Origin: Macrostomum hystrix
Taxonomy: Eukaryota; Animalia; Platyhelminthes
DNA length: 64,000 nt
Direction: 5' to 3'
NCBI GenBank assembly: GCA_950097015.1
Contig: CATNEN010000003.1
Location: forward strand, 4,340,001 to 4,404,000
In this document: positions 60,975-64,000 of the stretch, piece after piece
Layout of the letters: the number at the start of each line of letters is the position of its first letter
Position numbering within the stretch: the stretch's first letter is position 1
Translations under genes and position numbers: made by a program
The notes under the pieces: generated by a model
Seen by the model: only the letters and a program-made list of their open reading frames with translations
Databases searched by the model: none
What the model was told of the DNA's origin: nothing

Positions 60975-61093
60975 CATACATGCGCAACACTTAGCTGAAC
61001 CGGCCGGGTGAAACGAGGGCCAACAAGGTAAGTCGCAAAATCCAATCGACCAAGTGCAAAAAAATCAAAGGGGGACCAAGGGACAAAAAAGGA
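60975..61093. mobile_element. Truncated, inverted second copy of the 59921-60201 MITE (one end only)
   Basis: Reverse complement of ~60073-60201. Confidence 0.8.
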
Positions 61094-61445
61094 ACACAAC
61101 TGGGCAACTTCAAAGGTAGAAATCATGAGCTGATTAGAACAAAGCTATGTGCTGTAAATATTATCCTATCTAGTGAGTAACTATCTTCTTGTTATAATGT
61201 TTATATTATTCTTAGGTCATTCTGCTCATAAATCTTGATGTGCAAAATGTCACTTTGATTTATGTAGTTTTAGTAATGCAGTTTTTACAATTGGCAAGTT
61301 GCTTAAAGTACAGAGGCAGCAATATAGTTAAATATTTTGTTTCTATTTCAGCTGAAACTGATATACATTAATTAATCTTTTTCAAAGCAATCAATTAAAT
61401 TTAACTTAAAAAATCAAGACAACTATATAACAAATAAATTTAACA

Positions 61446-61862
61446 ATGGCACAGTGGCGTGGCGAATTTGCCATAGACTCAGATGAAGAGGCCAACCTTG
61501 ACAATGGTGCCCTGGGTGAAGATGGCATCGGAGTCGGATCAGCCAGTAGGGATGGCCTTATTCTACTAATTGATGTTCGTGAATCAATGCGCAACTCTAA
61601 GAATAGTAACGATGAACCATTGATTCAATTAAGCTTTAAGTGTGCGAAAGCCGTGCTCAAGACAAAGGCATTGACATCTGAACGAGATCTAGTAGCTGTG
61701 GTACTGTTTGGCTGCGCCAAATCCACCAATGCTGAAATGCGTCACGTGCTGACATTGCAAAGCCTCGACCTGCCTGGAGCTGATAGAATTAAACAGTTGA
61801 AAAGGCTGGCTAAATTGGATGCCAATGGATTGAATGACGAAATTGGAGCACCGGCGCCACAG
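61446..61862 (+). CDS. XRCC6: Ku70 (XRCC6), first coding exon (N-terminal vWA domain); gene continues beyond the window
   Basis: SRDGLILLIDVRESM, TSERDLVAVVLFG and LQSLDLPGADRIKQL match Ku70 GRDSLIFLVDASKAM, SSDRDLLAVVFYG and LQELDNPGAKRILEL; donor CAG|GTAAGG at 61862. Confidence 0.92.
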
Positions 61863-61877
61863 GTAAGGAAGACATTC

Positions 61878-64000
61878 TTGAACTCATCAGATCCTCAGAT
61901 TTGGTTGCTGAGCTCATCAGATCCTCAGATTTGATTGCTGAACTCATCAGATCCTCAGATTTGATTGCTGAACTCATCAGATCCTCAGATTTGATTGCTG
62001 AACTCATCAGATCCTCAGATTTGGTTGCTGAACTCATCAGATCCTCAGATTTGGTTGCTGAACTCATCAGATCCTCAGATTTGGTTGCTGAACTCATCAG
62101 ATTCTCAGATTTGGTTGCTGAACTCATCAGATCCTCAGATTTGATTGCTGAACTCATCAGATCATCAGATTTGATTGCTGAACTCATCAGATCCTCAGAT
62201 TTGATTGCTGAACTCATCAGATCCTCAGATTTGATTGCTGAACTCATCAGATCCTCAGATTTGATTGCTGAACTCATCAGATCCTCAGATTTGATTGCTG
62301 AACTCATCAGATCCTCAGATTTGATTGCTGAACTCATCAGATCCTCAGATTTGATTGCTGAAACTCATCAGATCCTCAGATTTGGTTGCTGAACTCTTCA
62401 GATCCTCAGATTTGATTGCTGAACTCATCAGATCCTCAGATTTGATTGCTGAACTCATCAGATCCTCAGATTTGATTGCTGAACTCATCAGATCCTCAGA
62501 TTTGGTTGCTGAACTCATCAGATCCTCAGATTTGATTGTTGAACTCATCAGATCCTCAGATTTGATTGCTGAACTCATCAGATCCTCAGATTTGGTTGCT
62601 GAACTCATCAGATCCTCAGATTTGATTGCTGAACTCATCAGATCCTCAGATTTGATTGCTGAACTCATCAGATCCTCAGATTTGATTGCTGAACTCATCA
62701 GATCCTCAGATTTGGTTGCTGAACTCATCAGATTCTCAGATTTTGGTTGCTGAACTCATCAGATCCTCAGATTTGATTGCTGAACTCATCAGATCCTCAG
62801 ATTTGATTGCTGAACTCATCAGATCCTCAGATTTGATTGCTGAACTCATCAGATCCTCAGATTTGATTGCTGAACTCATCAGATCCTCAGATTTGGTTGC
62901 TGAACTCTTCAGATCCTCAGATTTGATTGCTGAACTCATCAGATCCTCAGATTTGGTTGCTGAACTCATCAGATCCTCAGATTTGATTGCTGAACTCATC
63001 AGATCCTCAGATTTGATTGCTGAACTCTTCAGATCCTCAGATTTGATTGTTGAACTCATCAGATCCTCAGATTTGGTTGCTGAACTCATCAGATCCTCAG
63101 ATTTGATTGCTGAACTCATCAGATCCTCAGATTTGATTGCTGAACTCATCAGATCCTCAGATTTGGTTGCTGAACTCTTCAGATCCTCAGATTTGATTGC
63201 TGAACTCATCAGATCCTCAGATTTGGTTGCTGAACTCATCAGATCCTCAGATTTGATTGCTGAACTCATCAGATCCTCAGATTTGATTGCTGAACTCTTC
63301 AGATCCTCAGATTTGATTGTTGAACTCATCAGATCCTCAGATTTGGTTGCTGAACTCTTCAGATCCTCAGATTTGATTGCTGAACTCATCAGATCCTCAG
63401 ATTTGGTTGCTGAACTCATCAGATCCTCAGATTTGATTGCTGAACTCATCAGATCCTCAGATTTGATTGCTGAACTCTTCAGATCCTCAGATTTGATTGT
63501 TGAACTCATCAGATCCTCAGATTTGGTTGCTGAACTCATCAGATCCTCAGATTTGATTGCTGAACTCATCAGATCCTCAGATTTGATTGCTGAACTCATC
63601 AGATCCTCAGATTTGATTGCTGAACTCATCAGATCCTCAGATTTGATTGCTGAACTCATCAGATCCTCAGATTTGATTGCTGAACTCATCAGATCCTCAG
63701 ATTTGGTTGCTGAACTCATCAGATTCTCAGATTTGGTTGCTGAACTCATCAGATCCTCAGATTTGATTGCTGAACTCATCAGATCCTCAGATTTGATTGC
63801 TGAACTCATCAGATCCTCAGATTTGATTGCTGAACTCATCAGATCCTCAGATTTGATTGCTGAACTCTTCAGATCCTCAGATTTGATTGTTGAACTCATC
63901 AGATCCTCAGATTTGGTTGCTGAACTCATCAGATCCTCAGATTTGATTGCTGAACTCATCAGATCCTCAGATTTGATTGCTGAACTCATCAGATCCTCAG
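61878..64000. repeat. 30-bp satellite (CAGATCCTCAGATTTGATTGCTGAACTCAT), at least 70 copies, in Ku70 intron; runs off the window
   Basis: Direct inspection. Confidence 0.97.

Noticed and set aside
23964-61862. Functional DNA-repair/chromatin cluster (LSD1, POLB, Ku70)
   Set aside because: Ku70 is ~26 kb from POLB and separated by opposite-strand genes; co-location cannot be distinguished from chance without synteny data.
61810-63989. SSAIKSEDLM / AELIRSSDL repeat ORFs
   Set aside because: Intronic 30-bp satellite downstream of the Ku70 donor site.

Overview
Eukaryotic (metazoan) genomic DNA with GT-AG spliceosomal genes. Poly-Ala-rich proteins, minisatellite-packed introns and a possible SL-supplied start codon suggest a flatworm such as Macrostomum (inference only). 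Genes reconstructed by hand: two tandem TLC-domain (FAM57/TLCD3-like) paralogs, two identical tRNA-Lys(TTT) genes, an unidentified 5-exon gene (-), LSD1/KDM1A, mitochondrial ribosomal protein mL63/MRPL57 with no genomic ATG, DNA polymerase beta, two tandem ankyrin-repeat paralogs (-) and the first coding exon of Ku70. Almost all long ORFs in the ORF track are tandem-repeat artefacts: about 30 separate mini/microsatellite arrays sit in introns, 3' flanks and intergenic DNA. MITEs with TSDs and SINE-like repeats are also present. Most interesting: (1) clusters of TA-G(n)C(n)-TA motifs near gene 5' ends, two of which appear to be insertions at TA inside older repeats; (2) a possible trans-spliced operon LSD1-MRPL57-POLB in which MRPL57 needs an externally supplied AUG; (3) a 10-fold in-frame amplified splice acceptor in an ankyrin gene; (4) a Pol beta with HFTGS instead of YFTGS.
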